Shown in pieces: positions 18,367 through 26,149 of a DNA stretch of 32,000 nt. The stretch covers positions 270,001-302,000 of the forward strand of contig NC_010296.1 of the NCBI RefSeq assembly GCF_000010625.1. Reading direction: 5' to 3'. Position numbers and translations under genes: made by a program. The notes under the pieces were generated by a model. The model saw nothing but the letters and a program-made list of their open reading frames with translations, searched no databases and had not been told where the DNA came from. Source of the DNA: Microcystis aeruginosa NIES-843 (GTDB lineage: Bacteria > Cyanobacteriota > Cyanobacteriia > Cyanobacteriales > Microcystaceae). The stretch's first letter is position 1, and each line of letters starts with the position of its first letter.

Positions 18367-19215
18367 ATGGCTAACAAAACTCTCAAAGCATTAACCAACA
18401 CCGTTATTAAGTCTTTACCTCAAGATAGCATTGGCTTAAGTGATTCCCAGAAAATTACTTTACCTGAAGATGCTACTTTAGAAATCTTGCAATATCGTTC
18501 TGCACCTAATAATCATTGGGAAATTCAATTAGTCACTCCCCAAAATGGTCTTGTCACTTGGTTTGCTTTTATCTCCCATGTCGAAATATTTTCTGATCCT
18601 AACTTCAAGAAAACTTTAGTAGAGACAGCTACTGAAGAATGGGAATTTTTTGAAAAAGGAACTAAAAAAGAACGAGAAGATGGCTTTTGGCAAAGAGTGG
18701 TTAAATATTGGAAAGAAGCTCTTAATATACACCATATTGATACTCCCGATGAAGTAGGAGACGGTATAAGAAATCCTTGGTCAGCTGCCTTTATTTCTTG
18801 GATCATGACAAAGGCAGGTGCAGCAGACAAATTTAAGCGTGATGCGAGTCATTCAGTTTATATTCACGATGCCGTTCAAAAACGTAAAAATCGAGTGTTT
18901 GATGCCCCATTTATTGCTTTTAAAGTTGATGAAATCACGCCAGAAGTAGGGGACTTAGTTTGTGCGCCAAGGGCAAGTTCAGTAGATTTTGTTAAATATG
19001 ACACATCCCCACCTTATGCTTCTCACTGCGATTTAGTGGTGGCAAAAAGAACGAATGAAATTGATATGATTGGGGGCAATGTTGAAGATTCTGTGAGTAA
19101 GACAACTATTGAATTGAATGCAGAAGGAAAAGTAATTCCTAATGGAAAAATTCTGGTTAACGGGAATCCAGCTACAAAACGACCTTGGTTTGTAGTGATT
19201 AAAAACCTTCTCTAA
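18367..19215 (+). CDS. DUF2272-like putative cell-wall hydrolase with an N-terminal SH3-like domain
   Basis: The blocks NPWSAAFISWIMTKAG, HSVYIHD, GDLVCAPR, SHCDLVV and IGGNVEDSVSK match my recollection of the DUF2272 pattern, which is reminiscent of papain-like CHAP/NlpC blocks. I prefer the ATG at 18367 (aggaga RBS) over the TTG at 18343. There is no signal peptide. Confidence 0.4.
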   Translation: MANKTLKALTNTVIKSLPQDSIGLSDSQKITLPEDATLEILQYRSAPNNHWEIQLVTPQNGLVTWFAFISHVEIFSDPNFKKTLVETATEEWEFFEKGTKKEREDGFWQRVVKYWKEALNIHHIDTPDEVGDGIRNPWSAAFISWIMTKAGAADKFKRDASHSVYIHDAVQKRKNRVFDAPFIAFKVDEITPEVGDLVCAPRASSVDFVKYDTSPPYASHCDLVVAKRTNEIDMIGGNVEDSVSKTTIELNAEGKVIPNGKILVNGNPATKRPWFVVIKNLL

Positions 19216-19258
19216 TTTGTTTCTTTCGTTATTTACTTTAACTTTCAAGGACAAAGTT

Positions 19259-20737
19259 ATGGCTACCTTACAAGATATTATCAACGAAAGTAAAACCCTA
19301 ACCCGTTCCCAACTAAAAACGGACAAAGGGTTAGTAATAGAAATTCAAACCAAACTCGCTAACCTAGGATTTTACCCCGGCGGCGGTTGGATTGATGGAG
19401 ATTTAGGAGAATCCAGTAGTTTTTCTTGGACTGGATTAATTGATTTTTGTAAAAAAATTGGGAGTCTTCCCATTCCCTCGGATACCCTAGCTATCAATAA
19501 AGAGATTGCCCAAAAATTGCTAACAACCAAGCAAGTTGACTCGGTTCTTAAAGCAGCTACTCAAAATTCAATTCTTACCCGTCTTCAACAAATTCAAACC
19601 AGATCACCAATTATTAATAAAAACACCCCTCCTTCTGCTTTTGTATCTCGAAGTATTGAGCAATCTCCTTTCAAACCATTTATCATTAATTATCCCAATT
19701 TCTTAACCCAGAAACCCGACGGAACCTCTCTAATTTCCTCTGGTGATACTTTGGTACTTTCTGATGGTAGAACGGTTAACTTTAACGACTATCCTAATTG
19801 CGGAAGTCAGCCAAATATTGACAATAATGGTTTAAGTTTTCTTCCTAGTAATATCTCTCATGCTTGTCTTTGTATCGGAAGTTTTAAAGATAGTAATAGC
19901 CCGATTAAAGCCAGATGGTTAGGAAAAGATGCCCTAACACCTGTTACTTTATGGTGGAGTACCACTAAATTTATTGGCGTTTTAAATACAGTTTGTCAAA
20001 TTAATCAAAACTCAATTAATACAGATATTGATGATTGTGTGATTGCTTCTCACCGATTTAATGATTTAGTAAGAGATATGGTGAGTTATCAGGGACTATC
20101 TTCTAATCGTATTGGGGCTTTATTTAAAAGCTTTAGTAAAAGAGAAGTTTTAAGTAATTGGATTGAAACACAAACAGGAAGTGTTAGTCTAAATTTTACG
20201 GGTTCCTATGGAGAAGATTCCTTAATTTTTCCAGCAAGAATTAAAGATACAACGACAGGAAATATTGTCTTATCTTCAGGGGATGTTGGTGCGGCTACTT
20301 CAACTAATTCCCTGTCAGCCTACGATCTGGTACGCCTAATTTCAATGTTAGGATGGCATTTACATTTACCCAATAATGCTAAACTTCCCTCAGCCCAATG
20401 GAAAAGTTTAGAAAGCATAGTTCGGGCAATGGGTCATGATACAGCACGATATGTAGATGTAGCTTTTGAAACCTTGGGAGTTATGAATATTATCAGTGAA
20501 CCTGTGATTATTTCAAAAGTAGGTTGGGGAAACATATCTGCTACTTCTGGGTCAATGACTTATACCGTATTTGTTAAATTTGTTGATCGACGTTTTACTC
20601 CTGCAAAATTAAGAACTTTCGCCTTATCTTTACGTTGTCTGAGTCCAGTTTCTTCTGATTTTGATGGGAGAGATACCAATTTAGCCGCCGCTGTCACCGA
20701 AATTGTCCGCCGCATTTTAACCGAGGAATTGCCTTAA
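19259..20737 (+). CDS. PG_binding_1-like domain protein with a C-terminal beta-lactamase/DD-peptidase-like serine hydrolase domain (tentative)
   Basis: N-terminal IEIQTKLANLGFYPGGGWIDGDLGESSSFSW resembles PG_binding_1. The C-terminal half has WWSTTKFIGVL (SxxK, 19958-19969), LSSNRIG (SxN, 20099-20107) and SKVGWG (a KxG variant, 20516-20524) in the canonical order. I prefer the ATG at 19259 over the TTG at 19217. There is no signal peptide. Confidence 0.45.
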   Translation: MATLQDIINESKTLTRSQLKTDKGLVIEIQTKLANLGFYPGGGWIDGDLGESSSFSWTGLIDFCKKIGSLPIPSDTLAINKEIAQKLLTTKQVDSVLKAATQNSILTRLQQIQTRSPIINKNTPPSAFVSRSIEQSPFKPFIINYPNFLTQKPDGTSLISSGDTLVLSDGRTVNFNDYPNCGSQPNIDNNGLSFLPSNISHACLCIGSFKDSNSPIKARWLGKDALTPVTLWWSTTKFIGVLNTVCQINQNSINTDIDDCVIASHRFNDLVRDMVSYQGLSSNRIGALFKSFSKREVLSNWIETQTGSVSLNFTGSYGEDSLIFPARIKDTTTGNIVLSSGDVGAATSTNSLSAYDLVRLISMLGWHLHLPNNAKLPSAQWKSLESIVRAMGHDTARYVDVAFETLGVMNIISEPVIISKVGWGNISATSGSMTYTVFVKFVDRRFTPAKLRTFALSLRCLSPVSSDFDGRDTNLAAAVTEIVRRILTEELP

Positions 20738-20795
20738 TCTACTTTGGTCATAACTAAAAACAAAAACTTGTAAAATCAATAGTGAGGTCTTAAAA

Positions 20796-21797
20796 ATGAA
20801 CCTAGGAACCCTTCTCGAAATTATTGTTGCTCTAATTTTTATCTACTTAGCTTCCAGCCTTATTATCTCCGAATTACAGGAACAATTGGCCGCCTTATTA
20901 GAATTTCGGGCTAGAAATTTAAAAAAAGCTCTGGAAATATTCTTGGGGAAAAATACGGTGGAATCTTTGTACAATAATGGATCGTTATTATCAAGTTTCA
21001 ATCAATACACTAATTTTGGGAAGTCAGTTGGTCCTTCCTATGTTGAACCAAAAGTTTTGGCAGAGTCTCTAATTAGTCTAGTTAATAGTCAACTTTCAGA
21101 TAATGAAAAATTATTAAAAGCGGATTTCTTAGGAAATAATCTTGATCAACAAAAAACAGGAATCTTTAAGAAATTAGCTAGTATTTCTGATTTTTCTAAA
21201 ATAGACAAAACGGCTATTGACAGATTGATACAAATAGGTTACAGCACCAAACTCAAATATGACAATCCAACTCTGGAGAATTTTGTTGATGAAATAGCCA
21301 ACACTTTTACTCAAATTATGGAGCGAACATCGGGGGTATATAAAAGAAATGCCAAGGGTGTATCTTTTGCTTTTGGTTTTTTAGCGGCTGCCTTGCTCAA
21401 TATTGATAGTTTTTATGTCATTGAGCAACTATCCAAAAATTCCAATTTAAGACAGGGAATTAATCAGGTAGCGACAGAAGTTTTTCAGACTAATGAATCT
21501 TGTTTTAAAGACGCTAAAGATGATCCTAACAAAGTCGCTGAATGTACAGAAAAATTACAAGCCAGTGTCAAGGACTTAGAAAAAATTAATCAACCTTTGC
21601 CGCTTGGTTGGGATGAAAAAGGATGGTTTAATGGTGAACAAATAAAAGAACAAAATGGCTTGTTACAAGCTATCTTTGGCTGGTTAATGACAGGAGTAGC
21701 CGTGGCGATGGGCGCACCTTTTTGGTTTGATATTTTAGGGAAGCTTATCAATGTGCGTAATACTGGCAAACCCATATTTCCTAATACTCAGAAATAA
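20796..21797 (+). CDS. Membrane protein of unknown function (3 predicted TM helices and a long amphipathic loop)
   Basis: TM1 LLEIIVALIFIYLASSLIIS, TM2 VSFAFGFLAAALLNI, TM3 IFGWLMTGVAVAMGAPFWFDIL. I recognise no catalytic motif. Confidence 0.6.
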   Translation: MNLGTLLEIIVALIFIYLASSLIISELQEQLAALLEFRARNLKKALEIFLGKNTVESLYNNGSLLSSFNQYTNFGKSVGPSYVEPKVLAESLISLVNSQLSDNEKLLKADFLGNNLDQQKTGIFKKLASISDFSKIDKTAIDRLIQIGYSTKLKYDNPTLENFVDEIANTFTQIMERTSGVYKRNAKGVSFAFGFLAAALLNIDSFYVIEQLSKNSNLRQGINQVATEVFQTNESCFKDAKDDPNKVAECTEKLQASVKDLEKINQPLPLGWDEKGWFNGEQIKEQNGLLQAIFGWLMTGVAVAMGAPFWFDILGKLINVRNTGKPIFPNTQK

Positions 21798-21946
21798 ATA
21801 ATTATTGCTGTCACTTTAACGATTTTCCATCAATCCTCAAACCAGTCCTTTCTCAGATTATTTCTAGTCATTTCTTGTCTTTTTCTCTTTTATTGCCTAT
21901 AATTTTCTTAATCCTCACTTTTCTGGTTAACAAGGAGAATACAATC

Positions 21947-22924
21947 ATGCAACCTCTCAACTTTTCTATTATCCAAGAGATCAAACATCAAGGAATTTGT
22001 GATGCTTCTGCAGCCACTGCTTTAGGAGAAAATAAATTTGTTGTTGGTAATGATGAGGCGGATCCAAAATTAGGTAATTTTCTCTGGATTTATTCCTCTC
22101 AAGAGTCGGGAAAAGCCCTGAAAACAATTGACATTAATAGTTGGGTGAAGAACAATCTTAAAAATAAAGAAATCGACTTGGAGGGGGTAACTGTGCTAAA
22201 TGACATAATCTATTGGATTACTTCCCATGGCCGCAATAAAAATGCCGAACAAAAACTCCCTCGTCATCAATTTTTTGCCAGTAAAATTACCGATGACGGC
22301 TCTAGTATAGTTCAAGTGGGTGAGTCTTATACTCAGTTAGTCTTGCGCGATATTATCGAAGACTCTCAATTGGCTGAAATATTTGATTTCAAAACGGCAG
22401 AAACCAAAGCTCCTAAAGCTGAAGGAGGATTAAATATTGAAGGTTTAACGGCAACTCAAGACGGAAATATCTTAATCGGTTTTCGTAATCCCATACCAAG
22501 TAATAAAGCTCTTTTATTAACTCTAAAAAATCCTTACAGTTTAGTTAATAATTCCAGCAATGCTCGGGCTGATTTTGGTGATCCTATCCTGTTAGATTTG
22601 GGAGGATTAGGAATTCGTAGCATTGAATTTTGGCCTGCTTTAGAAGTATATTTAATTATTGCTGGAGAATTTCATGGAGGCGATCAATTTGTTTTCTATA
22701 CTTGGTCAGGAAAAAAAGAAGATGCACCGGAAAAGATAGAATCACTGCAATTCCCTGACGGTTTTCGTCCAGAAGCTTTGTTGTTTTATCCCCATTTCCC
22801 AGATCGCTTTCAGATTTTAAGCGATGATGGTACAATCGAGCGAGTTGGTAATACTCCCTGTAAAAATACCGATAAAAATAATCCCGAAAAATATTTCCGC
22901 AGTATTTGGGTAAAAGTTAATTAA
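21947..22924 (+). CDS. DUF3616-like (phytase-like beta-propeller) protein of unknown function
   Basis: Blocks ASAATALGENKFVVGNDE, IDLEGVT, ITSHGRN, GGLNIEGLTATQDGNILIGFRNP and PEALLF recall the DUF3616/phytase-like family. I prefer the ATG at 21947 (aaggaga RBS) over the TTG at 21875, so the apparent signal-like N-terminus in the ORF track is probably not translated. Confidence 0.4.
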   Translation: MQPLNFSIIQEIKHQGICDASAATALGENKFVVGNDEADPKLGNFLWIYSSQESGKALKTIDINSWVKNNLKNKEIDLEGVTVLNDIIYWITSHGRNKNAEQKLPRHQFFASKITDDGSSIVQVGESYTQLVLRDIIEDSQLAEIFDFKTAETKAPKAEGGLNIEGLTATQDGNILIGFRNPIPSNKALLLTLKNPYSLVNNSSNARADFGDPILLDLGGLGIRSIEFWPALEVYLIIAGEFHGGDQFVFYTWSGKKEDAPEKIESLQFPDGFRPEALLFYPHFPDRFQILSDDGTIERVGNTPCKNTDKNNPEKYFRSIWVKVN

Positions 22925-23129
22925 TACCAATTCTCACCCATAAAAACTACAGATCGAATTATCGAATTTAAGTTCCCATTTTTAAGGGAGATGCCGAAGG
23001 TAGGGGGATCGAACTCTTGTAGCCGGATTTTGGAGAATTGATATAATTAGACATCCCTCTTAGTGGAACCTCAACAAAACCTAGAACAAAAATAGCTTTA
23101 AACCCATATAGGGATAAGCTTTAAGCTCA

Positions 23130-23166
23130 AAAAAACCGTTGATCACGTCTTTTCAATGGTTTTTTA
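23130..23166 (+). terminator. Weak rho-independent terminator candidate downstream of the island
   Basis: aaaaaCCGTTGA-tcacgtctt-TCAATGGtttttta: a 7-bp stem with one G-U pair, extendable by A-U pairs and followed by a T-run. The stem is weak. Confidence 0.3.
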
Positions 23167-23357
23167 TCCTAGAAGCTCTATCTCAATGGAGCGAGAGGAC
23201 TCCCGTTAAACCGCGTAGCGGTTAACGGGAGATAAATCGCCACCGGAATGAAACTAACGCGGTAGCGTTTCCACTTTTGGGGAGTTTTGGTTCTCGACGT
23301 ATTTTTTTAGTTGTTCGACAGTAAGTAGTCGTGCAAAATTAATTTCTTGGTTAGGAT

Positions 23358-23385
23358 AGGCAAAAGGCAAGAGGCAAAAGGCAAA
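23358..23385. repeat. Heptamer tandem repeat GGCAAAA/GGCAAGA x4 (STRR-like)
   Basis: Read directly. It is bracketed by a 12-bp inverted repeat: gcaaaattaatt at about 23333 and aattaattttgc at about 23404. Confidence 0.85.
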
Positions 23386-23404
23386 AGCTTGATCGAAATG
23401 TGTA

Positions 23405-23769
23405 ATTAATTTTGCTTAGGTACTTAACTCCGCCACAACTAGCCACGAAATAAGCTCCCGTCCAAAAATAAGGTTTATTGTCGAAATACTTGGCCGCCAA
23501 ATCCAGAAATTCCTTTCTAATTAATGGGACTACTAACTGTTTTAAGGTTAGCGATTAATTTGGATAAAGCGATGTCAGGCTTGTCATCGATAATCAGGTG
23601 AACGTAATCCGATTCACCGTTGAAATCAAGCAACACGCTTTCCCATTTCGTCAGCGTTGATACAAAGATTTCTTGAAGTCGGGCTAAGATTTCATTGTTA
23701 ATAGCAATGGTCGGTATTTGATGACGAATATGACGTGAGCGGTAAGTCTATAAACAGAGCAAAATTCAT
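23405..23769 (-). pseudogene. tnpA: IS200/IS605 Y1 transposase (tnpA) pseudogene
   Basis: On the minus strand three different frames carry colinear TnpA blocks: TAHVIFVIKYRP (the HxVFxxKYR motif), DFNGESDYVHLIIDDKPDIALSKLIANLKTVSS (the DHVHLLI... LKG.SS motif) and LIRKEFLDLAAKYFDNKPYFWTGAYFVASCGG. At least two frameshifts and several stops interrupt them. Confidence 0.75.
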
Positions 23770-23855
23770 GATTGTAATCGGTTGACATATTAGGCGGTAA
23801 GTGTTATAATCTAATTGTACATCACGAAACGAACGACAGTGATAACGCTTACCTA

Positions 23856-25085
23856 AGCTTTTACGCATTTAAGTTACATTGACAGCATTACCCTTATTTT
23901 TAAGTTTTCTACTCCATTTAATAATCAATCCCCCTTCATTTAAAAGCTGATTGACTACTTTTTCCAGTTCTTCTTTATTTTCAAATTCTCGATTAGCTAT
24001 GTATTCTTTAGCGGAATGCCACACTAATTCTATTAGGTTGTAATCTGGACTATAAGCTGGTAAAAACTCTAGCCTAATATTGGGCAACTCTTTTTCCACC
24101 TGCTCAATAACATCTTTCTTTTTGTGATAACTAGCATTGTCTAATATAATGATAATCTTCGGCCCCTTTTCTCGAAAATCTTCGGGCAGATTTCCCAAGT
24201 TTATCCATTCTTGACGAATCTCTTCATGAAGTTTCTTTAATTGTTCATGGAAAGTTTCTGAATTTCCTTTTTTGATCATAAAACAGACTCTTTTTTTATC
24301 ATTATATCTTAAGGCTCCCATCACATTCACCCTTCCTCTTTTTCTTTGCCCATTCACTTTTTTTCGCTTTCCTTTTTTTGTCCAAGCTCTCCTTCTTATT
24401 ACTCTCAAACTAAATCCACACTCATGAGGGGCTGTGTGGCGAACCTGCGTCGCCACCTTGAAAGCCCCGTCCCAAAACCATACCTGGATTGACTCTGGCT
24501 TTTCTTTCGCTAACTTTAAATATTCATCTAATTTTTCTTTAAATGCTTTTCTTAATTTCTTGTCTTGCTTATCTTCTAGACTATATTTTGCCCAGATATA
24601 CACATACTTTTTTCTTCTCAATATTCTTCTCACTTGCGAGCCACTCAGTTTAATTCCTGTTTCCTTTTCTAGATGCTCTGCTAATCTTGCCGCTGTCCAT
24701 CTCCCGAATTCATATCCCAATTCCTTCGGGTCTTCATCAACTATTTTCAATAGTAAATTAATATATTCCTCTGTGGCTTTTTTATGATTTCCATTTTTTC
24801 TACCATCTTCTAGACTTTCTATATTGTTAGGATCGCCATGAACACACCAAGGGGCGACTGTTTTGAGTGAACAGCCAATAAACTCAGCTATTTCTCGTTG
24901 AGTTTTTCCGTCGTTTAGCAAGAGAAACATTAAAATTCTTTCCCTAACCTCTGCTCTTTCTTCTTCTTTAAGAGCTTTTTGTAAGTTTTTCTTTTCTTCT
25001 AAGTCTAGGAAATCTTTGGCTGGCATAAGTAGGATTTTTCTCAAGTTACTATTTCTATTTTAGGTGGTTTAAGTGCGTTTTAGCT
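23856..25085 (-). mobile_element. IS630/Tc1-mariner-family insertion sequence, 1230 bp, with a TA target duplication
   Basis: TA lies at 23854-55 and at 25086-87. The imperfect TIRs are agcttttacgcatttaag (left) and agctaaaacgcacttaaa (reverse complement of the right end). A single transposase ORF nearly fills the element. Excision restores the tnpB reading frame. Confidence 0.7.
23869..25044 (-). CDS. IS630-family DDE transposase carrying a 15-codon insert inside the conserved D-E motif
   Basis: N-terminal HTH region (..GKTQREIAEFIGCSLKTV..). Further blocks are WFWD...ECGFSL, IIILDNASYHKK and LEFLPAYSPDYNLIELVW, giving the DD(34)E pattern of IS630/Tc1. Confidence 0.8.
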   Translation of the reverse strand: MRKILLMPAKDFLDLEEKKNLQKALKEEERAEVRERILMFLLLNDGKTQREIAEFIGCSLKTVAPWCVHGDPNNIESLEDGRKNGNHKKATEEYINLLLKIVDEDPKELGYEFGRWTAARLAEHLEKETGIKLSGSQVRRILRRKKYVYIWAKYSLEDKQDKKLRKAFKEKLDEYLKLAKEKPESIQVWFWDGAFKVATQVRHTAPHECGFSLRVIRRRAWTKKGKRKKVNGQRKRGRVNVMGALRYNDKKRVCFMIKKGNSETFHEQLKKLHEEIRQEWINLGNLPEDFREKGPKIIIILDNASYHKKKDVIEQVEKELPNIRLEFLPAYSPDYNLIELVWHSAKEYIANREFENKEELEKVVNQLLNEGGLIIKWSRKLKNKGNAVNVT

Positions 25086-26149
25086 TACCAGTACAAACTA
25101 AAGGTAAACAGGCGACAGGAACGGGAGATAATCCACATTCTTGATGTTTGCAAAAGCGTTTATAATTACGCGCTCTCGGAACGGAAAGATTGGTTAAACT
25201 CTCGAAAGTGTCTTGCGGATCGTTGTTCGTTAGTTTCCGAGTACATAATTCCTGCGGATGAACCCTATCCAAATTACTTCGTTCAAGCTAAAAATCTAAC
25301 GGAAGCTAAAAAAGTTTACCCGATATTAAAGACGGTTAACGCTCAAGTTTTACAGCAAGTCTTAAAAACTGTAGATAAAGCTTTTGACCAGATAAAATCG
25401 AAAGGCTTCGGCTTTCCTAGATTTAAGAAAAAGATGCGGAGTTTGGTTTTTCCTGCGCTGTCAAAAAACTTTCTAGGGGATGGATGTTTGAATTTTCCAC
25501 AATTGGGAAAAATTCGGATTAGGAAATCTAGGGAGTACCCGTCTGGGTTTGAGCCTAAACAAGCTCGAATTATCCGCAAAGCGTCGGGATTTTACGTTTC
25601 GGTTTCCTTCCAATCTACGGAATTAGTTCCCGATATGACAGTTGGGAAGACCTGTTTAGGAATCGACGCGGGGATTGAAAGTTTTGTCGCTACTTCACGG
25701 GGAGATTTAATCAAAGCCCCTCGATTTTTGTTGAAAGTACAGAGTAAGCTTAAATTGCTACAAAGACGCTTGAAACGGAAAACTAAAGGCTCTAGCAATT
25801 GGTTAAAACTCCAAGAGAAGATATCGAGATTACACGAAAAAGTGTCTAATACTCGTAGAGATTGGCACTTTAAATTAAGTCATTACCTTTGCGATCTCGC
25901 TGATAATATTTTCGTTGAAGATATTAACTTCGTTTCGTGGTCTAGAGGGATCGTTAGAAAACAATCTCTAGATTCGGGTATCGGTAGTTTTATTAACGAG
26001 ATATTACCGTTTGTCGCTTGGAAACGGGGAAAATATTATCTTAAGGTCGATAAAAACGGAACTTCGCAAGAGTGTCCGAATTGTGGCGCGATTACTGGCA
26101 AAAAAGCGTTATCGGAAAGAGTTCACCGGTGTGATTCTTGCGGTCACAT

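Noticed and set aside
9841-22924. Interpretation of the hydrolase island as an ordinary prophage lysis cassette or as T6SS effector-immunity pairs
   Set aside because: The window contains no phage structural, terminase or integrase genes and no T6SS or other secretion genes. There are no small immunity-type ORFs between the enzymes, and ten genes is far beyond a normal holin-endolysin module. A phage or tailocin origin cannot be fully excluded without wider context, so it stays as an alternative under the main finding.
22985-23020. tRNA-like fragment (gggagatgccgaaggtaggggg atcgaactc; the reverse strand contains gagttcgatccccctacc) that might mark an integration att site at the island's right border
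   Set aside because: I could not draw a cloverleaf on either strand. The T-stem does not pair, and there is no matching acceptor 5' strand or anticodon arm. At best it is a decayed tRNA 3' remnant, which is too weak to report.
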